This document shows positions 9,802 through 19,538 of a stretch of DNA of 64,000 nt, piece by piece. Position 1 is the stretch's first letter. Each line of letters opens with the position of its first letter. The stretch comes from Gemmatimonadota bacterium (lineage in GTDB: Bacteria; Gemmatimonadota; Gemmatimonadetes; Gemmatimonadales; GWC2-71-9). The stretch lies in NCBI GenBank assembly GCA_003223415.1, contig QHUY01000017.1:6739-70738 (forward strand), given 5' to 3'. The notes under the pieces were generated by a model. The model did no database searches, had not been told where the DNA came from, and worked only from the letters and a program-made list of their open reading frames with translations. A program made the position numbers and the translations under genes.

Positions 9802-10484
9802 GGCGCGGGCCGCGCGTGCCGACCAACGTCGGACTCGGCCTGGCGGGCACGGCCGCGGTCCACGGCGCGGCGGTGTTCTTGCTGCTGGCGTCGGCGGGCG
9901 GCGCTCGGAGGGTGCCGCCCACGTACCGGGTCCGGCTCATCGCGGCCCCGGAGGCAGGTCAGGAGCAGCGCAAGGCGCCCGAGGCGGTCCAGCGCGAGGC
10001 AGAGCAGCAGGCACCGCCGGCGCCGTCGCGCAGACCGCCGCCGCGCAGCACCGTTTCCCAGGCGGCGCCGCCCCCGGTGTCCGACACGCGCCAGCGGGAG
10101 GCCGCGCCGCGGACGACGCCCAAGGCGCAGCCCTTGCCCGGCGAGAAGCCGTCCACCGGCAGTGACGTCGCGACGGTCAGCACGGAAGGGATCGAGTTCC
10201 CCTTCCCCGAGTATCTGCAGAACATCGTCTCGCAGATCCTCCGGCGCTGGCAGCGGCCGCTGCAGAGCACCCCTCTCGAGGCGGAGGTCTCCTTCTTCGT
10301 GCATCGGGACGGATCGGTGACCGACCTGCAGTTCATCAGGCGCTCCGGCAACTTCGCCTTCGATCTCGAGGCTCAGGGCGCCGTCGAGGAGGCCGGGCGG
10401 TTCAAGGCGTTCGGCGCGCTGCCGGACGGCTGGCCGGCGGACGTGCTGTTCGTGCGATTTTATTTCTCGGGAAGGCGTCAGTGA
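9798..10484 (+). CDS. TonB/TolA-like energy transducer (TonB C-terminal domain)
   Basis: GTG 9798 overlaps the tolR stop (GTGA). Has an N-terminal TM anchor, a Pro-rich spacer and a C-terminal TonB_C-like domain (EVSFFVHRDGSVTDLQFIRRSG). Confidence 0.65.
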   Translation: MRRGPRVPTNVGLGLAGTAAVHGAAVFLLLASAGGARRVPPTYRVRLIAAPEAGQEQRKAPEAVQREAEQQAPPAPSRRPPPRSTVSQAAPPPVSDTRQREAAPRTTPKAQPLPGEKPSTGSDVATVSTEGIEFPFPEYLQNIVSQILRRWQRPLQSTPLEAEVSFFVHRDGSVTDLQFIRRSGNFAFDLEAQGAVEEAGRFKAFGALPDGWPADVLFVRFYFSGRRQ

Positions 10485-11875
10485 AGCGCCGGACGATGCT
10501 CGTCGCGCTGTTACTGTCCGTCGGTCCGACCGTCCGACCGTCCGACTGTCAGGATACCTCCGCGATCGACCGCGGCGTGCGGATCGGGATCATCTACCGG
10601 CCGGGGGTGCGGCCGGGAATGGTCGTGCTGCCGGGGCGGGGCGCGTTGCTCGACTCGGTGCACACCATCCTGAACCGCGACCTCGACTACAGCGACCGCT
10701 TCGAGCTGATCACCCTTCCCGGCGGCGACTCGATCCGCGTCAGCACCGGCCCGGCGGGAGGGAGGGGGGGCGGCGGGGCGGCGCGCGGCCGCACCGGCGG
10801 GCCGCAGGCGGCCTGGGGCGGGCTCAACTATCCGCTGTACCAGGCGCTGGGGGCGGACTTCGCCGTTGACGTGCGGCTCGCCGCCGACTCGATGACCGTC
10901 GAGCTGCACGATATCACGGCGGGCGCGGTGCGTCGCACGCTCAGGGCGAAGCTGCCGCCGCTCACGGACGTCGGCTTCCGCATGGCGGTGCATCGGCTCA
11001 GTGACCAGGTCGTCCTGGCCGCGCTCGGCAGCGCGGGGATCGCGGCCACGCGCGTGTTGTTCGTCAAAGACGGCAAGGTGGACCGCATCGACCAGGACGG
11101 TGCGGACCTGCAGCTCGTCTCGTCGAGTAGCCGCCAAGCGATGTCCCCGGCCTGGGCGCCGGACGGTCGGCACTTTGCGTACATGGAGTTCGCCGAGGGG
11201 CACGGGCAGTTGTTCATGCAGGACATGGCGACGGGCCAGCGCGTGCCGGTGGCGACCACGGGCAAGGCGCTGGATTTCACGCCCGCCTTCTCCCCCGACG
11301 GCAAGACCCTCGCGTTCAGTCGCGCGACCGAAGAAGGCACGGATCTCTACACGGTGAACGTGCGGGACAACTGCTGTTTGCAGCGCTTGACCGTGGGGCG
11401 CTTTTCAGACAACTTGTCCCCTGCTTACAGTCCCGACGGCCAGCGGATCGCGTTCGTCTCGACGCGTGCGGGTCTGCCCCAGATCTACGTCATGGCCGCC
11501 GACGGGACGGACCAGCAGTTGTTCGCCCCCTTCGATTACGGGGTGACGGGGTCCTCGAACGCACCGGAATGGTCGCCCGACGGGCAGTCGCTGGCCTTTC
11601 ACCGTGATGTGGCCGGCACGCTCCAGGTCTTCGTGTTAGACGTGCGGACGCGGACGGTCCGCCAGCTCACGTCGGTGGGGCGGAACGAAGATCCCACATG
11701 GGCGCCCGACAGCCGGCATCTGGCGTTCGTGTCCGACCGCTCGGGGTACCGGCAGCTGTGGATTATCGATTTGGAAACCGGTCGCATCCGTCCGCTGCTC
11801 CAGCAGAGCGGCGCGCGACTGCCGTCGTGGTCTCCGCGGCTCCCCCCCCCGGAGACCCCCGCATCCAACCCCTGA
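10481..11875 (+). CDS. tolB: Tol-Pal system beta-propeller protein TolB
   Basis: 464 aa. Repeated SP(A/E)WSPDG(K/R)xxAF blades. Lies between the tonB-like gene and pal. Confidence 0.9.
   Translation: MKRRTMLVALLLSVGPTVRPSDCQDTSAIDRGVRIGIIYRPGVRPGMVVLPGRGALLDSVHTILNRDLDYSDRFELITLPGGDSIRVSTGPAGGRGGGGAARGRTGGPQAAWGGLNYPLYQALGADFAVDVRLAADSMTVELHDITAGAVRRTLRAKLPPLTDVGFRMAVHRLSDQVVLAALGSAGIAATRVLFVKDGKVDRIDQDGADLQLVSSSSRQAMSPAWAPDGRHFAYMEFAEGHGQLFMQDMATGQRVPVATTGKALDFTPAFSPDGKTLAFSRATEEGTDLYTVNVRDNCCLQRLTVGRFSDNLSPAYSPDGQRIAFVSTRAGLPQIYVMAADGTDQQLFAPFDYGVTGSSNAPEWSPDGQSLAFHRDVAGTLQVFVLDVRTRTVRQLTSVGRNEDPTWAPDSRHLAFVSDRSGYRQLWIIDLETGRIRPLLQQSGARLPSWSPRLPPPETPASNP
10514..10552. repeat. tandem octamer array (CGTCCGAC units) inside the tolB signal-peptide region
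   Basis: Sequence tgtccgtc ggtccgac cgtccgac cgtccgac tgtc. The 23-nt core 10528-10550 is identical to 48425-48447 in rarA. Confidence 0.75.
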
Positions 11876-11894
11876 CCCGGGAGAGAGCGCCCAA

Positions 11895-12518
11895 ATGAAA
11901 TGCCTACACTTGCTCGTAGTGGCCGGACTGGCCGTTGCGGCGGTTGCCGCGTGCGGCGGCGGGCCCAAGCCGGCGACGACGCCGGCGCCGACGCCCAACG
12001 CCGATTCGATCGCGGCGGCCGAGCGGGCGCGGCAGGACTCGATCGCGGCGGCGCAGGCGGAAGCGGACCGCCGGGCGCGTGAGGAGTCCGAGCGGGTAGC
12101 GCGCCAGCGCGCCGCGGACTCGGCGGCGGCGGCGGCGGGCACCACGACGGACGTCAAGAACATGCTCGCCACCATGATCCATTTCGACTTCGACAAATCG
12201 GACCTGCGGTCGGACGACGTCGGCATTCTGGATCAGAAGGTGGCGATCTTGCAGGCGAACCCGGGACTTCGCATCCGCCTCAGCGGCCATTGCGACGAGC
12301 GCGGCTCCGACGAGTACAACCTCGCTTTGGGCAACCGGCGCGCGAACAAGGCCAAGGAGTACCTGGTCCAGCACGGCGTCGACGCCGGGCGCATCGAGAC
12401 CGTCTCCTACGGCGAGGAGCGGCCCCTCGCGCAGGGCCACGACGAGAGCGCCTGGTCGCAGAACCGTCGGGATGAAGTCGAGATCCTCGCCGGCGGCGAC
12501 GTCCTCAAGAAGCCGTAA
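11895..12518 (+). CDS. pal: peptidoglycan-associated lipoprotein (OmpA family)
   Basis: Lipobox AAVAAC. OmpA_C motifs FDFDKSDL, NLALGNRRA, SYGEERP. Confidence 0.9.
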   Translation: MKCLHLLVVAGLAVAAVAACGGGPKPATTPAPTPNADSIAAAERARQDSIAAAQAEADRRAREESERVARQRAADSAAAAAGTTTDVKNMLATMIHFDFDKSDLRSDDVGILDQKVAILQANPGLRIRLSGHCDERGSDEYNLALGNRRANKAKEYLVQHGVDAGRIETVSYGEERPLAQGHDESAWSQNRRDEVEILAGGDVLKKP

Positions 12519-12531
12519 GGTCGGTCGCGGG

Positions 12532-13320
12532 TTGCGCCGGATTCAGTCGTTCGTGTGGAGCCTGGGGCTCACCGCCGGCTGCGCCCTCAAGGGCGACGTC
12601 CGCAAGGTCGAGCTTCAGGTCACCGCGCTCCGGGGCGAGCTCGCCCACGGCGATTCGCTGCGCCGCGGTGAGCGCGACTCTATCCTCGCCGTCGTCGCCG
12701 CCGTGCAGCAGCACCTCGTCGCCCAGCAGGCCTACCTCGTCCAGCTGCGCGGCGACATGAAAACCGACCTGCTCTCCGTGCAGCAGCAGCTGGTGGCCGT
12801 CCAGGAGTTGACCGGGCAGAGCCAGCAGCGGCTGACCGAGCTGCGGACGCGGATCGAAGAGCGGGCGCAGCAGCCGGTCCCGACGCTCGATACCACGGCC
12901 GGCCGGGCCGGCGCGCTGGTCGGCCCCTCGGGAAACCCGGCGGGGCCCGGCGCGGACCAGATGTACGACGTGTCGCTGCAGCAGTATCGCAGCGGCCGGT
13001 TCGCGACGGCCCGCTTGGGCTTCCGCGAATTCCTCCGCCTGTATCCCACTCACGATCGAGCCGGCGAGGCCCTGTTCTACGTCGGCGAGACCTTCGCTCA
13101 GGAGAACCCCGATTCGGCGGCCGCGGTGTATGAAGCCGTGGTGAAGACGTACCCCAATTCGCCGCGGGCGCCGTCGGCCCTCTACAAGCTGGGCCTTCTC
13201 GCCGAGCAGCGGGGGGACAAGCCGAAGGCCCGGACGTACTACGCCCGGGTCATCGCCGGCTACTCCCGCTCCGACGAGGCCAACCTCGCGCGCGACAAAC
13301 TGCAGCGGCTGGGGCGCTAG
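12532..13320 (+). CDS. ybgF: tol-pal system protein YbgF/CpoB (TPR)
   Basis: Coiled-coil N-terminal half and C-terminal TPRs (YPNSPRAPSALYKLG). TTG 12532 gives a lipoprotein-like leader ending LTAGC. The tracked ORF start at 12472 is the alternative. Confidence 0.75.
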   Translation: MRRIQSFVWSLGLTAGCALKGDVRKVELQVTALRGELAHGDSLRRGERDSILAVVAAVQQHLVAQQAYLVQLRGDMKTDLLSVQQQLVAVQELTGQSQQRLTELRTRIEERAQQPVPTLDTTAGRAGALVGPSGNPAGPGADQMYDVSLQQYRSGRFATARLGFREFLRLYPTHDRAGEALFYVGETFAQENPDSAAAVYEAVVKTYPNSPRAPSALYKLGLLAEQRGDKPKARTYYARVIAGYSRSDEANLARDKLQRLGR

Positions 13321-13332
13321 ACCGGAGCCGGC

Positions 13333-16300
13333 GTGCCGGACGCTTCCAACCGCGGCGAGATGCCGTTCCTCGATCATCTCGAGGAGCTGCGCTGGCGCAT
13401 ACTGTACAGTCTCGCCGCGGTCCTCGTCTGCTCGGTCATCGGCTGGCTCGTGGTGCAGCACGTCGACGTGATCGGCTTGCTCAAGCGCCCCATCGCCCCG
13501 CTCCTCCCGGGTGGTCGCCTGCTGTTCACCAGCCCGACCGAGCCGTTTTTCATCACCCTCAAATTCGCGTTCGCCCTCGGCCTCCTGTTGGCCTCGCCGG
13601 TGGTGATCTACGAGGTCTGGGCGTTCCTGGCCCCGGCCCTGTACGATCGCGAGAAGCGGCTCATCGTCCCGGCGTTGTCCGTCGGAGTGGTGCTGTTCCT
13701 CGGCGGGGCTGCGGTGGCGTATCTCTGGGTGCTGCCGCGCGCGCTGGTCGTGCTGTTCAGTTTCCAGCGCGCCGACCTGGCGCCGATCATCACCGCCGAC
13801 AACTACTTCGGCTTCGCCGCGCAGATCATCATCGCCTTCGGCATCGTCACCGAGCTGCCGCTGGTGATCGTGATCCTGGCGTCGCTCGGTCTGGTCACCC
13901 CGCGATTCCTGGCGCGCAACCGGCGCTACGCGTTGGTGATCGCCGCCGTCGCCGCCGCCCTGCTCACGCCGCCCGACGCGCTCTCGATGCTGATGATGAT
14001 GGTGCCGCTCGTGCTGCTCTACGAGATCAGCATCCTCTGTGCCTGGGTCGTGACCCGCCGCCGCGCCCGACGCGCGGCCCGGGACGCCGCCGGGGCCGCC
14101 GCAGTCGTCCTGCTACTCCTGGTCGGCGCGGCGGGCGGATTGCGCGCCCAGCAGCCGGTCGGCCCTCCCTCCCCTCGGCCGGATACGACCCGCCGCCCTC
14201 CCGTCGCCGGCCAAGCCACACCCGGCGTCCCCGGGCAGCCGGTCAAGGGCCAGACGCTCGACACCGCGGCGGCGCGCAAGATGGGCCTGCCCAGCGGGCC
14301 CACGCGCACCTTCCCGCCCAGCGACAGCGTCATGGACGCGCTGCTGCGGCTCAAGGGCTACCGAATCACGCAGTATGTCGCCGACACGCTGCTGGTCCGG
14401 GGGGACAGCCAGGTGATCTTCCTGCGGGGCCAAGCGTACGTGGACCGCGAGGGCACCAAGGTGGAGGCGGATTCGATTCGCTACAAGGAGGCGAGCTGCC
14501 GGCTCGACGCCGTCGGTAGCCCGCGGCTGTTCGATCAGGGGACGGTGCTGGTGGGGGAGGGGATGCGCTACGATACCTGCATCCGGCGGGGCGTGGTGAA
14601 CGAGGCCATCACCTCCTTCCAACAAGGTGGAGCCACCTGGTACTGGTGGGGCAACCTGGCGGTGGACTCGGGGTCCACCCGACTGTTCGGCGCCAAGAGC
14701 AAGATCACCTCCGACGACCACCCCAATCCCGATTATCACTTCGCGACGGGCGAGGTGAAGTGGCTCAACAAGAACGTGATGGTGGCCCGTCCGGCCGTGC
14801 TCTACGTGCGGGATGTCCCCATCATGTGGCTCCCCTTCATGTTCCAGGACATTCGCAAGGGACGGCGCAGCGGCATGCTGGTACCGCGTTTCGGCTTGAA
14901 CGACCTGGTGCGCCCCAATCGCGGCTACCAGCGGCACCTCGCCAACCTGGGCTACTACTTCGTCCTCAACGACTACGTCGATCTCCTGACCTCCGTGGAT
15001 TGGTTCGCCGGGCGCAACGTGTCGATCCACGGCCAGATGCGCTACCGGTGGCTCGACCGCTTCGTCACCGGCGGGATCTCCTACACCCGGCTCAGCCAGC
15101 TCGACGCCACCGCGACGTCGACCCGGATCGGCTGGCAGCACAACCAGGCGTTCGACAGCCGCACGCACTTTTCGGCCAGCGTCGACTACGCCACGAGCGC
15201 GCAGGTGGTGCAGCGCAACACCGTGGACCCTTTCCTGTCCACGGCGCAGCTGACATCGAGCCTGAACTTCGACAAGCGGTTCGATTGGGGCGCCTTCAAC
15301 CTGGGCGGCAGCCGCTCCCAAAACCTCTCCAGCGCGCTCGTGCAGCAGAACTTCCCCCGGGTGAGCCTGACCCCCTCGCCGATCAACCTCACGCCCGACA
15401 TCACCTGGTCGCCCGGGTTTTCCTATAACAACGCCCAGACGTTCCACAGCGGCCCGGCGCCGCTGCTGAGCGTCGCCAACGGCGCGGTGGACACCCTGCC
15501 GGGCTTCTTCGACTCCCGGCAGACCGACTTCTCCATCGGGACGCCGTTGCGTGTGGGCCGCTGGAACTGGAGCAACGCCGTCAGCGTCACCGACCGCGCC
15601 AGCAACCAGCGCACCGAGTTCCTGGTGCCGGACTCGACCGACACGACCGTCGTGCACCACCTGGTGTACGGGCGGACCTTCTCGACCACGATCGACTGGC
15701 AGACCGGGATCAATTTGCCGCAGCTGTTCTCCGGCACCTGGAAGCTCCAGCCCGGCATCGCGATCCTCAACACCACGACCGCCGGGCCGTTCGCGATCCG
15801 CAACCAATTCACGGGCGGGCGGTTCCTCCACCAGGGCAAACGGCTCGCGTTCACGCTGGGGGTGGCCCCGACCCTCTTCGGGTTCTTCCCGGGCGTGGGA
15901 CCTGTGACGCGGATCAGGCACTCGCTCCAATGGTTGGTGAGCTACCAGTACGCCCCGGGCGCCAAGGTGGACAGCGTGTTCGCGCACGCCATCGACCCGA
16001 CGGGCAAGACGCTCACCGCCCGCAGCGATCCGCAGCAGACCATCAGCCTCGGGGTCTCCCAGAACTTCGAGGGCAAGCTCCGGCCGCCACCCGGCGATAC
16101 GACGCGCGACCGGCAGCCCGCGAAGATGCGCCTGCTCAGCATCAACACGTCGTCGATCGCGTACAACTTCGAGCAGGCGAAGATCCCAGGCCGCACCGGC
16201 TGGCAAACGCAGACGCTCTCGAACACCTTCGCCTCCGATCTGCTGCCGGGGTTCAGCCTGCAGACGACCCACGATCTGTGGCGCGGACCGGCGGGGCTCA

Positions 16301-16932
16301 AGGCGTCGCCGTTCGACCCCTTCCTCAGCAGTGTATCGGCGTCGTTCTCGGTGTCACCCGGCACGTTGCGCGCGCTTGGCGGACTGTTCGGGCTCGCCAC
16401 GGGCGAAGGCGGCCCCGCAGGGGGTGGGGCGGGGGGTGCGCAACCCGGCGGGCCGGGCGCGGTGCCGCCGGGGCAGGGGGCAGCAGCGCCGCCGACGTTC
16501 CCCGGTGGACCGCCAGTCGGCGGTGGCATTCGCGGCGCCTACTCGCCGGTCCCAGGGGGGGGAGGGGGGGGCGGCGGCTTTCACATGTCGGTGTCGTTCA
16601 CCAGCAACCGTACTCGACCCGACACGACCCGCAGCCCCCTGGCCACACCCCTCTTCGGGCAGGGCAACGGGGGCCGCCAGCAGCTCGCCCTCACCACGGG
16701 GTTCAGTCCCACGCCGCACTGGACCCTGTCCTGGAACACGATCTACGACCTCGACACTCGCCAGTTTGGCCAGCACTACGTGCGGCTGGAGCGGGATCTG
16801 CACCGCTGGCATGCGAGCTTCGCGTTCGCCAAGAGCCCCAACGGCAACTTCGCCTTCAACTTCTACATCTCGCTCCTCGACCAGCCGGACATCAAGTTCG
16901 ACTACGACCAGCAGACGTTCCCGCGACCGTAG
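13333..16932 (+). CDS. tatC: TatC translocase domain fused in frame to an LptD/OstA-like outer-membrane protein
   Basis: One 1199-aa ORF. Residues ~10-245 are TatC (FLDHLEELRWRI, six TMs). Next comes RRRARRAARDAAGAAAVVLLLLVGAAGGLRA-QQ, which looks like a signal peptide. Then an OstA_N-like jellyroll, then a barrel with MWLPFMFQDIRKGRRSGMLVPRFG and YYFVLNDYVDL, both LptD hallmarks. Confidence 0.7.
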   Translation: MPDASNRGEMPFLDHLEELRWRILYSLAAVLVCSVIGWLVVQHVDVIGLLKRPIAPLLPGGRLLFTSPTEPFFITLKFAFALGLLLASPVVIYEVWAFLAPALYDREKRLIVPALSVGVVLFLGGAAVAYLWVLPRALVVLFSFQRADLAPIITADNYFGFAAQIIIAFGIVTELPLVIVILASLGLVTPRFLARNRRYALVIAAVAAALLTPPDALSMLMMMVPLVLLYEISILCAWVVTRRRARRAARDAAGAAAVVLLLLVGAAGGLRAQQPVGPPSPRPDTTRRPPVAGQATPGVPGQPVKGQTLDTAAARKMGLPSGPTRTFPPSDSVMDALLRLKGYRITQYVADTLLVRGDSQVIFLRGQAYVDREGTKVEADSIRYKEASCRLDAVGSPRLFDQGTVLVGEGMRYDTCIRRGVVNEAITSFQQGGATWYWWGNLAVDSGSTRLFGAKSKITSDDHPNPDYHFATGEVKWLNKNVMVARPAVLYVRDVPIMWLPFMFQDIRKGRRSGMLVPRFGLNDLVRPNRGYQRHLANLGYYFVLNDYVDLLTSVDWFAGRNVSIHGQMRYRWLDRFVTGGISYTRLSQLDATATSTRIGWQHNQAFDSRTHFSASVDYATSAQVVQRNTVDPFLSTAQLTSSLNFDKRFDWGAFNLGGSRSQNLSSALVQQNFPRVSLTPSPINLTPDITWSPGFSYNNAQTFHSGPAPLLSVANGAVDTLPGFFDSRQTDFSIGTPLRVGRWNWSNAVSVTDRASNQRTEFLVPDSTDTTVVHHLVYGRTFSTTIDWQTGINLPQLFSGTWKLQPGIAILNTTTAGPFAIRNQFTGGRFLHQGKRLAFTLGVAPTLFGFFPGVGPVTRIRHSLQWLVSYQYAPGAKVDSVFAHAIDPTGKTLTARSDPQQTISLGVSQNFEGKLRPPPGDTTRDRQPAKMRLLSINTSSIAYNFEQAKIPGRTGWQTQTLSNTFASDLLPGFSLQTTHDLWRGPAGLKASPFDPFLSSVSASFSVSPGTLRALGGLFGLATGEGGPAGGGAGGAQPGGPGAVPPGQGAAAPPTFPGGPPVGGGIRGAYSPVPGGGGGGGGFHMSVSFTSNRTRPDTTRSPLATPLFGQGNGGRQQLALTTGFSPTPHWTLSWNTIYDLDTRQFGQHYVRLERDLHRWHASFAFAKSPNGNFAFNFYISLLDQPDIKFDYDQQTFPRP

Positions 16933-17069
16933 CAACTCTCCGTCATGTGTCCTCCACAGGTGACAGCACGGCTGTGGTCGATTTCCGCTAAGCGCCTGAT
17001 TCAGTGATAGTTACCATTTGGCACGTCGCGTGCCCTTGGATCTCGGTGGAACTTCTCCCTGAGGCGGTT

Positions 17070-17963
17070 ATGCGCGTGCTGCGATACAGCCTGCTGACGG
17101 TCGCCATGGTGGTCGCGGGGTGCCAGAGGAACGACCTGCTCGTACCCGCAGTCCCGCTGGATGCACCGGCGAGCCTGACCTCAATCTCGCTCGATGGCGC
17201 GATCGATCTCTCCTGGTCGGACAACGCCTACGCCAGCGACCCGGGCCACTTCCAGTGGTACCGCGTCTACAGCACCAGCTACGACTTGGACCATGGCCTG
17301 TGCGGCAAGACCTGGTCGATTGAGGGGACCACGGTGTCGGCCGAGTTCCTCGTGAGCGCGCTCACCAACGGCGTGCCGCGCTGCTTCGGGGTCACGGCGA
17401 TCGGCACCGACGGCTCCGAGAGCCTGTGGTCGCCGCTGCGCCAGGACACCCCGCGCCCCGACGCGCGCAACGTGTTGGTGTGGGCCTACCAGGCGGACAG
17501 CACCCAATCGGGCTTCCGGTTTTGGGACGATCTGAACGGCGACGGTGTCGCCCAGCCCAGCGAGCTCGGCCTGGTGCAGAACGGCGCCCGCAGCGACATC
17601 GACTTCTGGGTATATCGCGACCCCACGGATGGGACCCTCTGGCTGGTGCCCGAGTTCACGGGTACGAGCATGCAGCTCTACAGCAGCGCGCCCATCGGCG
17701 ATCTGACGGACATCGACTTTGCGCCGGCAAGCGGGTACTCCCGCAGCATGTTCCAGGCCGTGCCGGAGTACGGGTACGTGTTCCAGATCGTGGAAGGGCA
17801 GACGCTGCGCTACGGGGGGCTGCGGGTGACGCACGTGGGACGCGATTACGTGATCTTCGACTGGAGCTTCCAGACCGATCAGGGGAACCCGGAGCTGCTG
17901 TTGCGGGGCGGATTGCCGACTACTTCGGAGAGCGGCGGGCTCGTAGTGCGCGGGGCGCAGTAG
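17070..17963 (+). CDS. hypothetical lipoprotein with fibronectin-III-like domain
   Basis: ATG 17070 gives MRVLRYSLLTVAMVVAGC (lipobox). An FN3-like stretch follows (SLDGAIDLSWSDN...YRVYST...CFGVTAIGTDGSES). Confidence 0.5.
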   Translation: MRVLRYSLLTVAMVVAGCQRNDLLVPAVPLDAPASLTSISLDGAIDLSWSDNAYASDPGHFQWYRVYSTSYDLDHGLCGKTWSIEGTTVSAEFLVSALTNGVPRCFGVTAIGTDGSESLWSPLRQDTPRPDARNVLVWAYQADSTQSGFRFWDDLNGDGVAQPSELGLVQNGARSDIDFWVYRDPTDGTLWLVPEFTGTSMQLYSSAPIGDLTDIDFAPASGYSRSMFQAVPEYGYVFQIVEGQTLRYGGLRVTHVGRDYVIFDWSFQTDQGNPELLLRGGLPTTSESGGLVVRGAQ

Positions 17964-17966
17964 GAC

Positions 17967-18012
17967 CCACAGAGGCACGGAGGCACAGGGCAGCCCCGCT
18001 GTGCCTCTGTGG
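17967..18012 (+). terminator. perfect 12-bp stem-loop downstream of the lipoprotein gene
   Basis: CCACAGAGGCAC (17967-17978) pairs with GTGCCTCTGTGG (18001-18012) across a 22-nt loop. The arms are built from GGAGGCAC-like units. There is no U tract. Confidence 0.45.
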
Positions 18013-18047
18013 CCTTCAGTCAGCTCCGTGCGTAGCTTCCCTCCGGC

Positions 18048-19538
18048 ATGTCATCCTCGATCACTCTCGACGGTCGCTCCCTCTCCATCGCCGACGTCAT
18101 CGCCGTTGCGCGGCGGCGCGCCAGCGTGGCAATCGCTCCCGCCGCGCTGGCCGGGCTCGCCGCCTCGCGGCAGGCCGTCGAGACTGCGCTCGCCCGGGGC
18201 GACACCATCTACGGCGTCACCACCGGGTTCGGGAAGCTGGCCCACGTGCGGATCCCCGCCGACCAACTCGGGCGGCTGCAGCGCAACCTAGTCCGCAGTC
18301 ACGCCTCCGGGGTGGGCGACCCGCTCGCGGTGGACGCCGTCCGCGCGATGATGCTGCTGCGCGCCAACGTGCTGCTGCTGGGCACAAGCGGCGTCCGCCC
18401 CGCACTCCCCGTGCTGATTGCGACGATGCTGAACCGAGGCATCCATCCGGTCGTGCCGTCGCAAGGGAGCGTCGGCGCTTCGGGCGATCTCGCCCCGCTC
18501 TCGCATCTCGCGCTCGCGATGATCGGGGAGGGGGAGGACGGCGCGAAGCTGCGTGCGGCCGGCCTGCAGCCCGTGACCCTCGAGGCAAAGGAGGGTCTCG
18601 CCTTCGTCAACGGGACGCAGGCCCAGACGGGGCTCGCGGCGTTACTGGTGCACGACTCGTGGGTATTGTGGCGCGCGGCCCACGCCGCCGCCGCCATGAG
18701 CCTTGAGGCCGTGCGGGGGACACCGGCCCCGTTCGACCCCCGCATCCACGAGGCGCGGCCCCACCCCTTCCAGCAGCGCTCGGCGGCCTTGCTGACCCGT
18801 CTATTGGCGGGGAGCGCGATCCGCGAGTCGCATCGCGAGCACGACCCGCGGGTGCAGGACGCCTACTCGTTGCGCTGCACGCCCCAGATTCTCGGCGCCG
18901 TGGGCGAGGCGATCGCCTTCGCCGAGCGGCTGGTCACGACCGAGCTGAACGCGGCCACGGACAACCCGCTCGTGTTCGGCGACGAGGTCCTTTCGGGCGG
19001 CAACTTCCACGGCCAACCCATCGCCCTCGCGCTCGATGTGCTCGGCATCGCCCTCACGACGCTCGCGGGCCTCGCCGAGCGGCGTCTCGAGCGCGTCGTG
19101 AACCCGGACCTGTCGTCCGGATTGCCGGCGTTCCTGTCGAAGAATCCAGGCCTCGAGTCGGGGTTCATGAGCGCCCAGATCTCGGCGGCGGCGCTGGTCG
19201 CCGATTGCCGGGTCCTGGCGACGCCTGCGAGCGTGCAGTCGGTGCCCACCGAAGGCAACCAGGAGGACGTGGTGCCGATGGGGATGAGCGCGGCCTGGAA
19301 GGCCGAGCGCATCCTCGCCAATGCCGCGCGGATCGTCGCGATCGAGCTGCTCGCGGGGGCGCAGGGGCTCGAGTTCCTGAAGCCGCTCGCGCCGGGGCGG
19401 GGTGTCGGCCGGAGCTACGCCGCGCTGCGGCGCGAAGCGCCGGCGTTGGAGGAGGACCGTCCGTTGAGCGCCGAGATCGAGCGCGTGGCGGCGGGGGTCC
19501 GGGCGGGAAGGTTCGATCCCGAGGACCGGGAACCGTGA
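18048..19538 (+). CDS. hutH: histidine ammonia-lyase
   Basis: 496 aa. Has the MIO-forming [14 protein letters not shown] motif. Confidence 0.95.
   Translation: MSSSITLDGRSLSIADVIAVARRRASVAIAPAALAGLAASRQAVETALARGDTIYGVTTGFGKLAHVRIPADQLGRLQRNLVRSHASGVGDPLAVDAVRAMMLLRANVLLLGTSGVRPALPVLIATMLNRGIHPVVPSQGSVGASGDLAPLSHLALAMIGEGEDGAKLRAAGLQPVTLEAKEGLAFVNGTQAQTGLAALLVHDSWVLWRAAHAAAAMSLEAVRGTPAPFDPRIHEARPHPFQQRSAALLTRLLAGSAIRESHREHDPRVQDAYSLRCTPQILGAVGEAIAFAERLVTTELNAATDNPLVFGDEVLSGGNFHGQPIALALDVLGIALTTLAGLAERRLERVVNPDLSSGLPAFLSKNPGLESGFMSAQISAAALVADCRVLATPASVQSVPTEGNQEDVVPMGMSAAWKAERILANAARIVAIELLAGAQGLEFLKPLAPGRGVGRSYAALRREAPALEEDRPLSAEIERVAAGVRAGRFDPEDREP

Noticed and set aside
19510-19520. GGTTCGATCCC T-loop-like word
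   Set aside because: It lies inside the well-supported hutH coding frame (AGRFDPED) with no surrounding tRNA structure.
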